A DNA stretch of 64,000 nt from Ylistrum balloti (lineage: Eukaryota). Within the stretch, counting starts at the first letter, position 1, and each line of letters begins with the position of its first letter. A program made the position numbers and the translations under genes. Shown one piece after another: positions 38,261 to 51,800 of the stretch. Below the pieces are notes generated by a model that worked only from the letters and a program-made list of their open reading frames with translations, made no database searches and had not been told where the DNA came from. The stretch covers positions 186,001 through 250,000 of the forward strand of contig NW_026781866.1 of the NCBI RefSeq assembly GCF_031769215.1, read 5' to 3'.

Positions 38261-39859
38261 TTGATTCTATCTGAGCTGTTAAAATTGTTTGATAAATGGT
38301 TTAAAATCAGTCAAATTGATTTTATAAAACAACAGGTGTAAGCAGTTAAGTATGATATGTTCAGTATTAGTTTTATTTCAAACCAGCGAATAAGTTAAAG
38401 TCAAAATGTTTTAGTCGCTATTTTATATCCTCACAATAGCACATCAGAAAGGATACTTTGTCTACATGTTAAACTAGCAATTTCAATTTGTACTCGCGTT
38501 ACACAGAATCGGGAAAAGATATCTGTTACAGTGTTGTTGGAAATATATGTTCTGTAATAAGTTTAATTTCAAACATGCCTCCTATAGGTTTCTGTCAAAA
38601 TGACTTTTTTGATTGCTATCATATATCCTCACAATATTACATCAGAAATGATACTTTGAACATATGTACACGGAATCGGGAAAATTAATGTGTTAAAGTG
38701 TAGTTTGAAATATGGAGGATGCAAAATAATTTGAAATTTATGATTTGATAAACAATACACGTTCACATTGATGAATAACTAAAATCATCAATGATTAGAA
38801 GGAAATGATTTTGGATAAAAGTGACTTATTGCGATCGTTCATGCGTTAACATTGTTCTTGTGAACACAGTAACTTGAATAAATATGCACGGATTTTAAGG
38901 AAACTTGATATGCAGTCTTTTTCAATTAGATCTCGAATAAGCTTAATAATGGGACTGATTTGATTGATACATACAACGAAATATCCCTTTGCAGTGTTGT
39001 TGCCATTGTCCTTGTGAACATGATAAAATAAAAAAAAATATCAATAGAAAGTACGGTAACTAGCTATTCAGCCTTATATCATTAAGATCTCTGATAAGTT
39101 TGACAATGAAATAGACACAATTATAACGTACAGAGTTATGACCTTTGCAGGTTTTCTACCATTGAACGTTGTGAAACAAAAACAAAAAATCGGTAAATAT
39201 GAACAGATTGTGATGAAACTTGGTATGTAGCCTAATATAATTTAGATATATGGTTCGGTAGAGAATACGACCAATACGATTGTAGCTTACTGAGTTATGA
39301 CCCTTTTCGGTTTTGTGTTTTTGTTTGTTTTCATTTTTTGTTTTTATGGACAAGCTAACGTGAGAGAATATGAATGGACTTTAAACTGGTAAACAGCCTA
39401 TATCGATCAGAGCTCAGAAGAGTTGAAAACGGAACTGATTCAAGTGCAACGTACACAGATATGTTACGTTGCACTTTGTATTACTATTGAACCTTTGAAC
39501 ACGATAACTTAAATAAATATTAACAAATTTGAATGAAACTTGGTGTGCAGTCTTATGTCATTTAGATTTCAAAGGAGGTAAATATTGCGACCAATTGATC
39601 GTCTGCAGCCTTATATAACTTTCAGACATCAGTTTGACATGTTACAAAGTTATAGCATTGGAAATTGTAAACACACATTAGCAAATTGAAATGTATTTTT
39701 CTGCAACTTTAGTAAATATGACAGGTTTTTGATGATACGATATCAGGAGATTTCGACAATAGGACCGATGAAATTGTAACTAACAGCTATGACAGGGTTA
39801 TTACAATTTGACCTTGTGAACAGGATCATTTGAGTTAACATGAACTGATTCTGATAAAA

Positions 39860-40335
39860 CATTATTACATTCTTAACGGCCCGTCAACACATAAAAGGTC
39901 ATTAGGGCCATCAAACAGTAAAACACACAGCGATTCAAAAGGAAATAACATTAAACAAATGGTAAAAGACAAATGTTAAAAATCTTAAATGGGTATGTTA
40001 ACACAAAAGATTTAAATAGTACGTTATAGTCTTTTACATAGACCAATATCTCTCAGGCAATGTAGAATTTTACGAATGTCTACAGTTTCAAAAAGGGATT
40101 TTAGACGTAATGTTACGATAAAAACATTCTCGGGTAGACAGAAGGTCACTGCAGTCCAATCAAAAATGCTTAACGGTGAATGGCTCATCACATCCTATGC
40201 ACCAAGGGTTGTCTTCGCCTTTCAACATATATGAATGTGTAAGGTATTATGACCCATCCAAAGACGGGCAAGGAAAACTTCGTCGCGGTGGTTGTCTTTA
40301 TAGTCTGGAGACCATTCACCGATAACAAGTTATCT
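39860..40335 (-). mobile_element. I-clade LINE 3' end
   Basis: Homologous to 42675-43150; C-terminal zinc-knuckle region, 3' UTR and TAA tail. Confidence 0.85.
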
Positions 40336-41459
40336 TTGAGATTGGTCAGGTGACTGTTTAGACATATTGGCCCCCTGTTATATCAATTAAACGATAGTAT
40401 TTTCCCAATATGATTTAAAATTCATTCTGATATCAATTTTTTTGACAGTGATGCTAAAGAAATGAAGTTTGTAGGTATCATATGTTTCGGCATGCACAAA
40501 TGTTCTCTCTACGTCATAGTCAGCACTCTAAAAACAAGTATCTTGACAAAATTTCAAGACGCTTGATACATGGATTATTAAACGTGGCAAAGTTTCTAAC
40601 AGTGTAGCGTTTTGAAACTGACGTTCTCTTATTTATAGAGTCAATTTCACCTAAATTACTTTTATTAGTTTATTTCTCAGCGGAATTTTACGAAACGTCA
40701 TACAAGAGTTAACTGTTGCAATGTCTCAGACAACTTCTCTTATTTCCAAACTTATTGATCATATTTTATTTCACTCGACAGAATATCACATAATTTCATA
40801 TCAGAGCTTACCGTTGCAATATCGAGGTCAAGTTTGCGTTTCATGGCCTGTTAACTCCCATATTATCAGAGTTGTTATCTTAAGTTAATTTCACTCATTT
40901 TTATGTCAGTGCTTTCATAAGGATTTTTCTTTACTGAATTTCGTTCATGAATACTTTTTCATTTTCTAACATTCATTTTCAGCTCTCTCAAGAATGCATT
41001 TCTCGATGGAAATCTCAAATCTTCAAAAAAGGATTAATCATTGCAATATCCCTGACGATATAGTGTTTTGTAACCCGCGGTCTTTGCTTATAATAGTTTA
41101 TTTCACTCATATGTGTGGGGCTGGACCAGTTGGTCTCGCCTTTCTTTTCGGCGATTTTGAGTTCTATTAATATAATTAGGGGTTTATTTACGACAATATT
41201 ACTCTGTCACCAACAGTTGGTATTACAACATATACATACATGCCATTTATGACGCTAAATAGCTTTGTAATTTCGAAATGTCTTATCTGTTTATTATCCG
41301 GTTTCTTCGGTGGTCTCTAGTCATTTTTCTGTAATATTCATTCCTGTTTGCATCGGGTTTGAGTCTATTGATTGACATTCGGTTAACTTTTTGAGGATGT
41401 ATTTTGAAAAATGTCGGTATCTTTATACTGAATCTTATGCGAAATTTTCGTTTTGACAG

Positions 41460-42627
41460 GTTGATCCGAAAGAAAGCTCTAACAGTATTAGTGTTCTCGA
41501 CCATATGTTTGTCTGCCTACATTTTGAAAGGTCGAAACTATAAGGGTCATGACCCGACCGTGGTGATTTGGGATAAGCCGAAGATTTCACAAGACCAAGA
41601 GAACATAGAAGTTCATTACTATAATAAACCCCCGTCAGTTTCTCTACAGGCATTCAGTAGGTGTCCGGATCGCTGTAGCATGACTTTCGGCGAGAAGGAG
41701 TATATCAATAAGAAAATAGTAATTTTTCATGGACCAGATTTGCGTGGAAAACCACCAATGAAATATCGAGGACAACTTTGGATCATGCAATCTATGGAGC
41801 CACCAACACTTTATAAAGACAATTTAAAGCAATGGCATCGAGTATTTAATTGGACTCTCGTACACAGAAGAGATTCAGATATATTCTCACCCTACGGATC
41901 GTTCGCACCAATCCGATCAGTTCCAGTCAATGATATCCAACCAATTGCCTGGACTAAAAAAGATAAGACAGCAGCTTGGTTTGTATCCAACTGTAAAGCA
42001 CAAAGCAGAAGACTAGATTACGTCCAATACCTACAACGATACGTCGACATTCATATTTATGGGAAATGTGGCAATATGAGTTGTCCCCGTTCTATACACA
42101 ACAACTGTCTGACTAAACTACAGGATCAGTTCAAATTTTATTTGGCTTTTGAAAACAGTCTGTGCGCAGATTACATTACGGAGAAAACAACTCGAATTTT
42201 ACAAGAAGGCCTTGACGTCATACCGATCGTCAGGGGAACAGGTGAATTGTACAGGATGCACCTTCCTCCGAACTCTTTTATCAATGCACATGACTATACC
42301 GTTAAAGGATTGGCACAAAAAATGAAATCCATCTCCAATAGCAAACAAGAATTCATGAAATATTTTGCCTGGAGGAAACATTATTACGCTGAAGAAATAG
42401 ATTTATTCTATTGTGAACTTTGCAAGAAATTACACAACGCTGACAAATACAAGCGCTTGTATCGATCAATTAGTGATTGGGTAAATGACCATCCAGATCA
42501 TCCCAACTGCCGAGAACCTATCGATGTTCCTGGCAAATTTGTATCCACTTCAAATGAAAAGGGACATACTTCATTAGAAGTGGTTGTTGTTGGCCTCATT
42601 TTGTGCAATCTCTTCCGTCCAATATGA
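41460..42627 (+). CDS. Alpha-1,3-fucosyltransferase-like (GT10), copy 3, main exon
   Basis: Acceptor ttttcgttttgacag|G, TM ALTVLVFSTICLSAYIL, and the same GT10 motifs (FKFYLAFENSLCADYITEK). Spliced product 393 aa, with a C-terminal extension. Confidence 0.93.
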
Positions 42628-42674
42628 CTTTTGTACAATGCTGTTTAGTAAAGAAGTTTGGGGGAACATAAAAC

Positions 42675-43219
42675 ATTATTATTATTACATTCTTAACAGC
42701 AAATCAACTTATAAAACGTCATTAGAGCCATCAAACGGTAAAACACACAGCGATCAAAATAGAAATAACATTAAACAAACCAAAAGGAAAAAGACAAATA
42801 TCAAAAATCTTAAATTGGTATGTTAACACAAAAGATTAAAATGGTACGTCATAGTCTATTATATAGACCAACATCTTTCAAGTAATATAAAATTTTACAA
42901 ATGTCGACAGTTTCAAAAATTTTAGACATGAAATGTTACGATAAATACATTCTCGAGTAGACAGAAGGTCACTACAGTCCAATAAAAAATGTTTAACGAT
43001 GAATGGCTCATCACATCCTATGCACAAAGATTATTTTCGCCTTTCAACATATATGAATGTGTAAGGTATGTATGTCCCATCCGAAGACGGGCAAGAACAA
43101 CTTCGTCTTGGTGGTTGTCTCTATAGCCTGGAGACCATTCACCGATAACAGGTTTAACAGAGTGCAATTTGTTATTGGTATATGTATTCCATGCCTCCTG
43201 CCACTGAGCTTTTAAAAAT
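42675..43219 (-). mobile_element. 3' portion of a split I-clade LINE
   Basis: FLKAQWQEAWNTYTNNKLHSVKPVIGEWSPGY..EVVLARLRMGHTYLTHSYML, then 3' UTR and (TAA)n tail. Confidence 0.9.
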
Positions 43220-46200
43220 CAGAGGTTGACATTAACATTTTGAAGGCAGTAGCCGGAAGGGCTACCAATTACTTGAAAAGAGGAGTAACAGCACAGACTT
43301 TTTTTTATTGAAACACCTGATGCCACTGTATTTGAACATATAATTAAATAATTTCATAATTCCATCTAATGACTATGATACTGCAAGTATAATACTATTC
43401 AAATGAATAAATGTTAGAAAAGAACAAATTAGTAATATTAGTAATTCACCAATGTTATTTTTTTAAAATCAGTATCTTCCTTTTTACTAAATCAGTTTGA
43501 CCAACTTTTTAAAAAAAAATATTTCTAATCTTGTGTCTTCTTCAAATCACCAAGAATAACAAGAATTGTACCTTCAGTTCATCTTTATAGAAAGGTCTTC
43601 GTGCTCGCTGCCCACACGAAAACCAGTGCTGGATAACTGCACGGGGATCGAAGCTTCTAACTTCAGGTGTTTTAAGGGTCACAATAGTCAAGTCACTTAG
43701 GTTTTCCTCCCCCAACCTAGACCTCCAGTCATTCTTGACAATTTTCATGCTGTAATGGAACATGATCATTAATCTAAAAAAAGTTGATTTAATCAAATTT
43801 CTGACATACGATAGATGAATAGAATTGATTGAATAAGGAATATGATTACTTCATTTTTAATCAGTTATTTCTAGATGCATTGCAGCTTCACATTTAATTT
43901 GAATTTGCCGATGTAAGAGGCAAAATATTATGATTACTAATTATTATATATAATTATTGTAGAATTTTTTATCAAAGTTTAGATAATGATTCATGGAGTG
44001 TATGATATGCCATAACAGGTCTGAAAGCTATTAACATGTATATATACAACTGCAGCACACAATCATATCAACGTGTATCATTTCTAAAAATGATTCTTTT
44101 CACAAGTTACCTTGTTTTGTATTTATCAATAATGATTATTTTATGGTATACATCTGATATTGTACTGTCTTTTTGCTGGATTGCCTGTGACAAATAGCTA
44201 AAGGTTTGAACCACATTATCAGGTGGAACCAGAAGATAATGGTTTCATCCTTCAACAGTTTAAGAAAGTTCCGTGTCTTGTTGCTAGATTCCTTGGATTG
44301 ATTCTGTTGCATTTGCAATGTACATACTAATTACAACTGTTACCAGGTCACGATCTTCTCATGTATCTTACAGGAACTGATACAACCATATGCACTAGTA
44401 CTCTAGTGTATATATTTTTAAATATTGTTGATATTAACCTGCTCAAGATGAAGGATTATGCTTCCTAACCCCTCCTTCAGGTTCATCAGGGCTCGTTTTG
44501 TGTGGGGTAACCATCTGGTTCCTACTGTGCGTGATGGTACAAAGACTTTTTCCCAATTGTATCCGCTGCCAATTTTAAATTAGCTCTGTTAAATGGGCTG
44601 TACCTGCAGTAAAAAGTATAACATGTCAGAATGGGCAATTTTCAAACTGGACATACGATTAAGAGTATTTACAAAATGTACATGTAGCTTAAAGTTCAAT
44701 TGTGAACTACTACATGGTATTGTTCAACGCTAATCAGTAATATTTTGGATACTGGATACCTTGATTGAGTGGAGTTTTACTTCTGAGAAACAATTGTAGA
44801 ATAAAGTGAGAAATGAAATGAATGATTTATTTGTTAGATTATTAGCCTATGCTTATCTAGATGATTTGGATATTTTCACTGCATGACGTGTATTTGGAAT
44901 TTGTCTTTATCTTACACTAACACTACAGTGTAACTGTTACATCAATTACAAACATGTACTTAAAAATTGAATTACTTACTTGTAGAATAAATACATATTT
45001 GTTAGCAGCAGTTCTCACTTCTAGTGTATAGGTATGCTTTTAGTTGCATCTTGTAGGCAAGTTCCAACCTGAAATTATAAAAATTGAAAAAAATAATTCA
45101 TGCATTGGCACATCATGTTACAGAGATCAATTTCATTATATATAGTATAGGTCACAATATTCATTATTTCCTCCTACATGATGTATAAGTATTACTTAGT
45201 GAATATCCACATCACTTACATTGATTGACGCTTTCATGCATGGTACCTGTGTGCAGAGCAGTGAATGGCCTTCATAAAAGGCGTATTGGTTTCCTCTGCC
45301 ATTTTTTTTTATCAACCCCGCTCTTCTTGCAAAGCATTACGGATGCTCCATGTTTCCATGGCAATAACTTTTCCCCTCCAACTATGGCCATGGTTATGTG
45401 TGATGCATCAACTTTCCCGACATGTTTAAGACCAACAAGCAAAGTTGAGACCTTTGGAAGACAGATGATATCATTTATTCAGAAAAAATACTCTACAAAT
45501 AGGTTAACATGAAATTGAGATTTAAAAATAAAATCAGATATCCATTTATTGTACATGCTGAACAATAAAAATAGGTCTATATTTTATTTGATCAAAACAT
45601 TTGCATTGAGAACTGAAGTGTCTGTGGTAGGAATTTTAAAGCAGTATTATGCAATGTTATGAAAGTTTCACAGTGACACTGGCAAGTTTAAAGTTACAAT
45701 TCTTTATTTGAATGAGGAAAAAAAAGAAATTATTTTTCTGTGTTTGAGCATTCGATTAAGACATCTGAGCAGTTTCTTCGGGTTAAATTTTGAGCATACC
45801 TTGCACTTCAGGGATAACCATATATACACTATTTCAGTGTCCTTGGAAGCAGTATCAGTGGAACCATCCGAGATAATGCTAAGAAATGGCGATGATTATA
45901 TGTTTTTTTGGGGTTTTTTTTGCACTTTACATGCATCAGCTATTGTAGCAATGGATATATGGTCAAGCGAAGGAGAGCGGTGTTTCTCGTTTTTACAATA
46001 TCTGCATTTATAGGACATATTTTGCTTAAAGTATCGGTGTCGTTCATTTACAAGGGCCCAAGAAATACGAACTTCATTTACATTCTTGATTATTTTCGTG
46101 TTTTGTGGCAAAATCAGACATTTTGCATATGAGTGTTGTTACATTGTGTGTATACCTGTATTCTAGATATAGCCTGCCCAACCGCTACGTACATACTGTA

Positions 46201-48334
46201 CATACTATGGCCTCTCACTCAGGTACGTGCAAGGTTAACTCTATCGATACTTCATCTATAACTTCCCAAGAAGCTATGTTTTTCAGCAACCCGTTAAGGA
46301 CATCAGCTGACACTTTAAATTCCAAGAGACTTTTAGCAGTCTAATCTCTCCCACCGATCAGTCAGGAAATAAAAGACCCCCCCACGTCCGTAACCACACC
46401 TGATCATACAAACTTTTATCAACCCGATACAACCACGTCTATTATTTTCTCGCCTGATTTTCTCAACAAATTCGCAGAAACCCTTTTCCCCTACCCTCGC
46501 GACAATGGTTTCAAACCTCTTAATTGACTCGATGAAGCCAGCCATTGACACCGCGGTCGCTCAGGCCCTTTCTGACAGTTCTGTTCTCAATGCAGCAGTA
46601 AAAAGTAAAGTTGACGAGGCTTTGATTTCTCTACGTAATGTCATTCACAAACAAGACTCTCAAATTCGGTATCTGACTGAAACTGCTGATAAACTATTGG
46701 TCGAATGTGACGTTCAGCAGCAATGTTCAAGGTGGACTATTCTGAGATTCCACAATGTCCCCATATCAGGTCCTATTCGGGAGTTCGACACTAACCGGGC
46801 TATTCTCGATACATGTAAGGACATTGGGGTGTTTTTATCAGAGAGGGACCTTTCCAGAAGCCATACCCTCGGTAAGGTTAGAAACAACAAAGTTACTATA
46901 CATGTTCGCTTCTTGAGGTGTACTGACAGCCAGAGGTTTATAAGGCCAAGTCGAATCTGAAGAAAAATAGGAGTTGAATATTCATAACGGAGAGCCTTAC
47001 TCAGTACCGCCAGAGTATAGTCAATAGACTTAGTGAGCTATGGAAAGGCAAGTCTATACACTCCCACTGGACATTAGATGGCCAGTCTAGAGCGGAGTCA
47101 CCTAAACATCTTATAACGTCTCATGCCTGTGTAGATCGTCTTTGTGACTCCATTACGCAATCTCAGTGACCCAATCCGTCTGGTCCGTCACCAAAGTCGC
47201 CCTCCCAGGCACCCAGACCACTAGAGTCCTTCAATTCCTCGAAGCACCGATTCGTCGCAAGCATCCCAACGTTCTGTATCATTCGTGCCATCTCAGCCTC
47301 TGGACCAGTCCCATGGAACATTGTCCCAGTGTGTAGGCCCGAGCCAATCGAGTAACGGTTACGCGATCGCGAGTGTATCAGCCAGCACACACATGTAGTG
47401 AGTGACCTTTAGGTCCACATGTGTTGCCACTTGTGTTGACATTTAATCCTGTTTTGACATTTAAGCAAAATCACACACTAACACTTTGATTTTTTTTTCA
47501 AACTATCAGTTACGCTTAATGTTATACATGATGTACCGGTTTGTATTTGTAAATCATCAATTGATAACGTACCGATGTTTGTTCAAATGTATGATACAAT
47601 ACATGTACGTTCGAGTGATAAGTTGGATAACAAAACACCCAACAACCGCTTTCATTTGCTTCAAATATGTATGTCATCTGGTTATTTTTACTTTTTTGTA
47701 CCATATTAATATATATTTAAGTCATGTACAGTTGTATAACAATGTACAATGACAACATCAATATGCTTGCTATGTATATGGTTCATAAGTGTTTCTTTGC
47801 GTACTAATTTTCTTCTCCTACTGATAATTTATACATTCCGTACCATTATATGCAGGAGTTCTATGAGAAATCTTATGTTACCCGTGCCATTTTGTGTATG
47901 GGGTACGGGTGGATTCGATCTTCATTTCAGTTCCCACCACTTATACTACGAAAATATGTCTGTGAGAGTCGCTTATACATTTTAACACTCCCACCCCCCA
48001 CCATTTCTAACCCCTGATCTTTTTTTTTCATAATTGTAATGTACCAATCAGGATTACGTGTACATTTTGTATATACAAATATTAAATGACCGAATGTAAC
48101 TAACATGTAATGAATTCAGATATGAAAGCATCGCCTGATTTCTACATGTATTATATACACAAATTTATCTTTTTGTATACATATTTATTAAATTTTTTTT
48201 GTAAATAAATCCAGAACTACTTATTGTCGTACATTCAATGGGTGTGAGGTGTTGAAATACAGGTTAACTTATGGACATGCAAGTATTCTTATTCACATTT
48301 AGTACATTATGTGTATCTATGTATACACAATTTT

Positions 48335-48560
48335 TGAGGATGTGTGTGTGAGGGAATAAGGTGTGTGGTGTGCAACTGACGGTAAGGGTGTGTGTGTGTG
48401 AGATGGAGTGAGGGTATGCGAGGGGGTGTGTATGCATGCGTGTGCTGGTATGTGAGCGCGGATATGTGATAGTTTAAGGGTGTGTATGTATGCGTGTACA
48501 TTTATATATGTAAATTGTATGTGTTGTATATAGTGTGTATGTAGGACGTGTGTTTATGTA
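48335..48560. repeat. Degenerate GT/ATGT-rich microsatellite
   Basis: Direct reading. Confidence 0.8.
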
Positions 48561-48690
48561 TTTTAATATGGACATACAAATTCGTGTATGTTGTCTGTGT
48601 CAAGTCTACTTACCAAACTTTGTATGCATCATGTTTGTATTATTTTGTCAGTTTTGTTTTCATTATAATGGTAAATAATAGGTATATGTG

Positions 48691-48861
48691 CTAGGGTTCC
48701 CCAACCTAAATGGCAAGGTGACCAGTCTTTCATGAATGATATTGGACAGCCAGGAGAACGACTACCAAGGCACGGGAGTGATATGAACATTTGATCAGTT
48801 GATGGATTATGAGTGCGTGTATCGTATTTCTACCTATGCCTTCCGGGTTGGGGAACACTAG
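48691..48861. repeat. 171-bp element with terminal inverted repeats (MITE-like or RNA hairpin)
   Basis: ctagggttccccaacc ... ggttggggaacactag (15/16 match), with further inner pairing ggca-aggt / acctatgcc. Confidence 0.7.
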
Positions 48862-51800
48862 TTTTAACGGTGACATCGAGATATAAGTATATCTACCTTT
48901 TTTCATTCTTCCTACAACTTAAGTATGTTATGTACTGTATATAATTTATGAATCAATAGTATCAGTGATCTAATATAATGTCGTGAATGAAATATGAATC
49001 ATGTATAATAAGTATCATCCATTGAACGCCTTATAATCCATATTTATCATAATTTATGTCGAATCTATTTATAGTCATCACACGACCAATACTGTGACAA
49101 TATGTTACCGTTTTCATTCATGTTGATCTCGTTAACAATTCACGTGATCTCGCTCTTTTCAGTCTTTTTCGACAGTACAATCTTTTTTGTGTACAAGACA
49201 TGTCCTGTTTGTTCGCTGAATTATGTCGTGATAAGTTTAGTCAATTTCTATTGCTGGTTTGCACATTGTAATTTATTTATGATATTAGTGGTACCGATTC
49301 GCTGTTCTACATCTTGTCTGTGTTACATACTTGACAATTCTTTTATGTGTCATAGAATAGCGATCGGTATTTTTTATTCTAAGGTCTACGGAAGATGTTT
49401 GATGAAATCATTTATCACTTTCTGTTTTGGTGTAAGTTATTGGTTAAAATTACTCCATCGTTTGTACAGTTACCTTTGGTGGTTAATTATTCAGTTAAAT
49501 ATTGTATTAAATATTTCCGAAACTTCCGAGTTTTCGGTGGTTTTGTTGATGCTCCTACTACAGTATATGGACATTGAGTCCAATCCTGGTACGAGACTTG
49601 GCGAGCTTTCTATTTTTCATTTAAACGTTAGGTGTTAGACATAAATTAGAGTACATTGAGGACATAGTTAACGAATATGATGTTGTGTGTTTAACAGAAA
49701 CTCATTTAGATGATCAGGTTACTACTACTGATTTATGTATTGAAGGGTTTCATTCTCCATTTCGTTATGACAAATTTTGCAGGTGGTGGTATTTTAGTTT
49801 ATATAAATAATCTCGTGAAAGTTTATCGTTTACCGGAATTAGAATATCCTGGTGATGAGATACTATGGTGTAAAATTAGCTTACCCAACTCGACTTATAT
49901 TATAGGAACGGCTTATAGACCAGAAAACTCTACAATACCGTCTTGGGAAAATTTAAGGTTATCTATAAATAACGCTCTGGATATGTCTCCTAATGTTATT
50001 GTTACTGGGGATTTAAATGTTGACTTCTATTAACAAATTTGAATTTCAGCGAAACAAAGTAAATGATATGAAAAAAACATGCACGTGCTACTTTTTATGA
50101 AAATGTTTTTGATATCATTGACGGGTTCTCTTCTTCAGATCCAAAATCTTATTGGAAATTGATTAAAAGGTTAATCAAAACGTCTGATACTTCACAACCT
50201 ATTCCTTCCTTAATTGATCCTGTTAATAATGATACAGTTACTAGTGACGAAGACAAGGCTGAATTATTAAATAAATATTTTTGTAGTATTACCAGAGTTG
50301 AAGACAACAACACTGACGTTCCTATTATTGAGCCTGCAACAGACAAACGCTTTAGTTCAATTAGATTAAATTTAACTGAAATACGTGATGTTCTACAGAT
50401 ATTGAAGCTCGGCAAGGCCTCGGGTGGGGATGGAATCAGTCACCATACGCTTAAAAATACAGCTCTCACGGTTTGTGTTCCGCTCGAAATATTATTTAAT
50501 ATGTCCTTATCAATAGGGGTCTACCCAAATAAATGTAAATTAGCTAATATTTTGCCATTGTTAAAAAAAGGTGACAGACATTCTCCTTCTTATTATAGAC
50601 CAATTTCCCTTCTGTCTACTGTTGGTAAAGTTTTTGAAAGAGCGGTTTTTAAACATTTGCACAACTACTTTATAGATAACTCATTGTTTTACAAGTTTCA
50701 GTCTGGTTTTATGCATGGACATTCCACTGTGTATCAACTTATTGATATTTATCACCAAATTTGTATTGCCCTTGAAGAAAAAAAACATACATGTATTGTA
50801 TTCTGTGACATATCGAAAGCTTTTGATAGGGTTTGACACAGGGGTCTGGTGGAGAAGTTAAAAACGTATGAAATTTCAGGTGAATTACTTATATGGCGAA
50901 AAAAATAATTATCAGGTAGATATCAGACGGTATTTCTTAACAGCACATATTCTTCTCAGGGTCTTATTGAGGCAGGGGTTCCACAAGGCTCCATTTTTGG
51001 GCCGCTCTTATTTCTTACTTTTATTAATGATGTAGCAGATGTTTTCGAATCGACGTCCCGTCTCTTTGCGGATGATACAGCCTTGCTCAAGTCATCTTCT
51101 TCTTGTCAAGAAATTCAAGTAACTCTAAATAGAGACTTGGAGATTTTAAATACTTGGTCGAAAACTTGGTTGGTTAATTTTAATCCTGATAAAACAGATG
51201 TTTTATTTATTTCAAATTCCACTGATATCGAAGAGGACAGATTTAGAATTTGATGGGAAGGTTTTAAATCTTACAGATTGTCAAACATTTAGGGGTAACA
51301 TTTAATTCTAATGCAAAGTGGGGGGATCATGGTAATGGAATTTACTCTTCGGTCATGAAAAAAAATAATGTATTACGAAAACTGAAACATTTGTTAAGTA
51401 GGGATGTTCTTTCAAAAATGTATAAGACTTTTATCTTACCTATTTTGGAATATGCTTGTGAGTTGTGGGATGGTTGCAATGTTATTGAATCGGAAAAATT
51501 AGAAAAGGCCCAACGTGAGGCCATCCGTATTATTTTAGGGCTGCCTTCTTATACACCTATTAATTCCTTATACTTTGAATCTGGTCTTGAAACTTTATCT
51601 TCTCGCAGGAAAAGAAAAAAAACTTCAGCTATTGTATAAGATGCATAATAACTTAACTCCTGAATTCCTAAATAATCTTCTTTCACCGTTACTTGGTGAA
51701 AATAATCGTTATAATTTACGTAACAATAACAACTATAGGATTCTTCTTTTCAGACTCTCTCTTATTAACTCTTCTTTTCTTCCTTCTACTCTCAACTGTT

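Noticed and set aside
39050-39800. Recurrent motifs (gaaacttggt, agttatgacc) as a novel array
   Set aside because: Irregular and degenerate; they look like common dispersed invertebrate repeats with no definable unit or ends.
41404-41436. TTG start of the 407-aa ORF
   Set aside because: Non-ATG start in a eukaryote, lying in intron sequence upstream of the acceptor.
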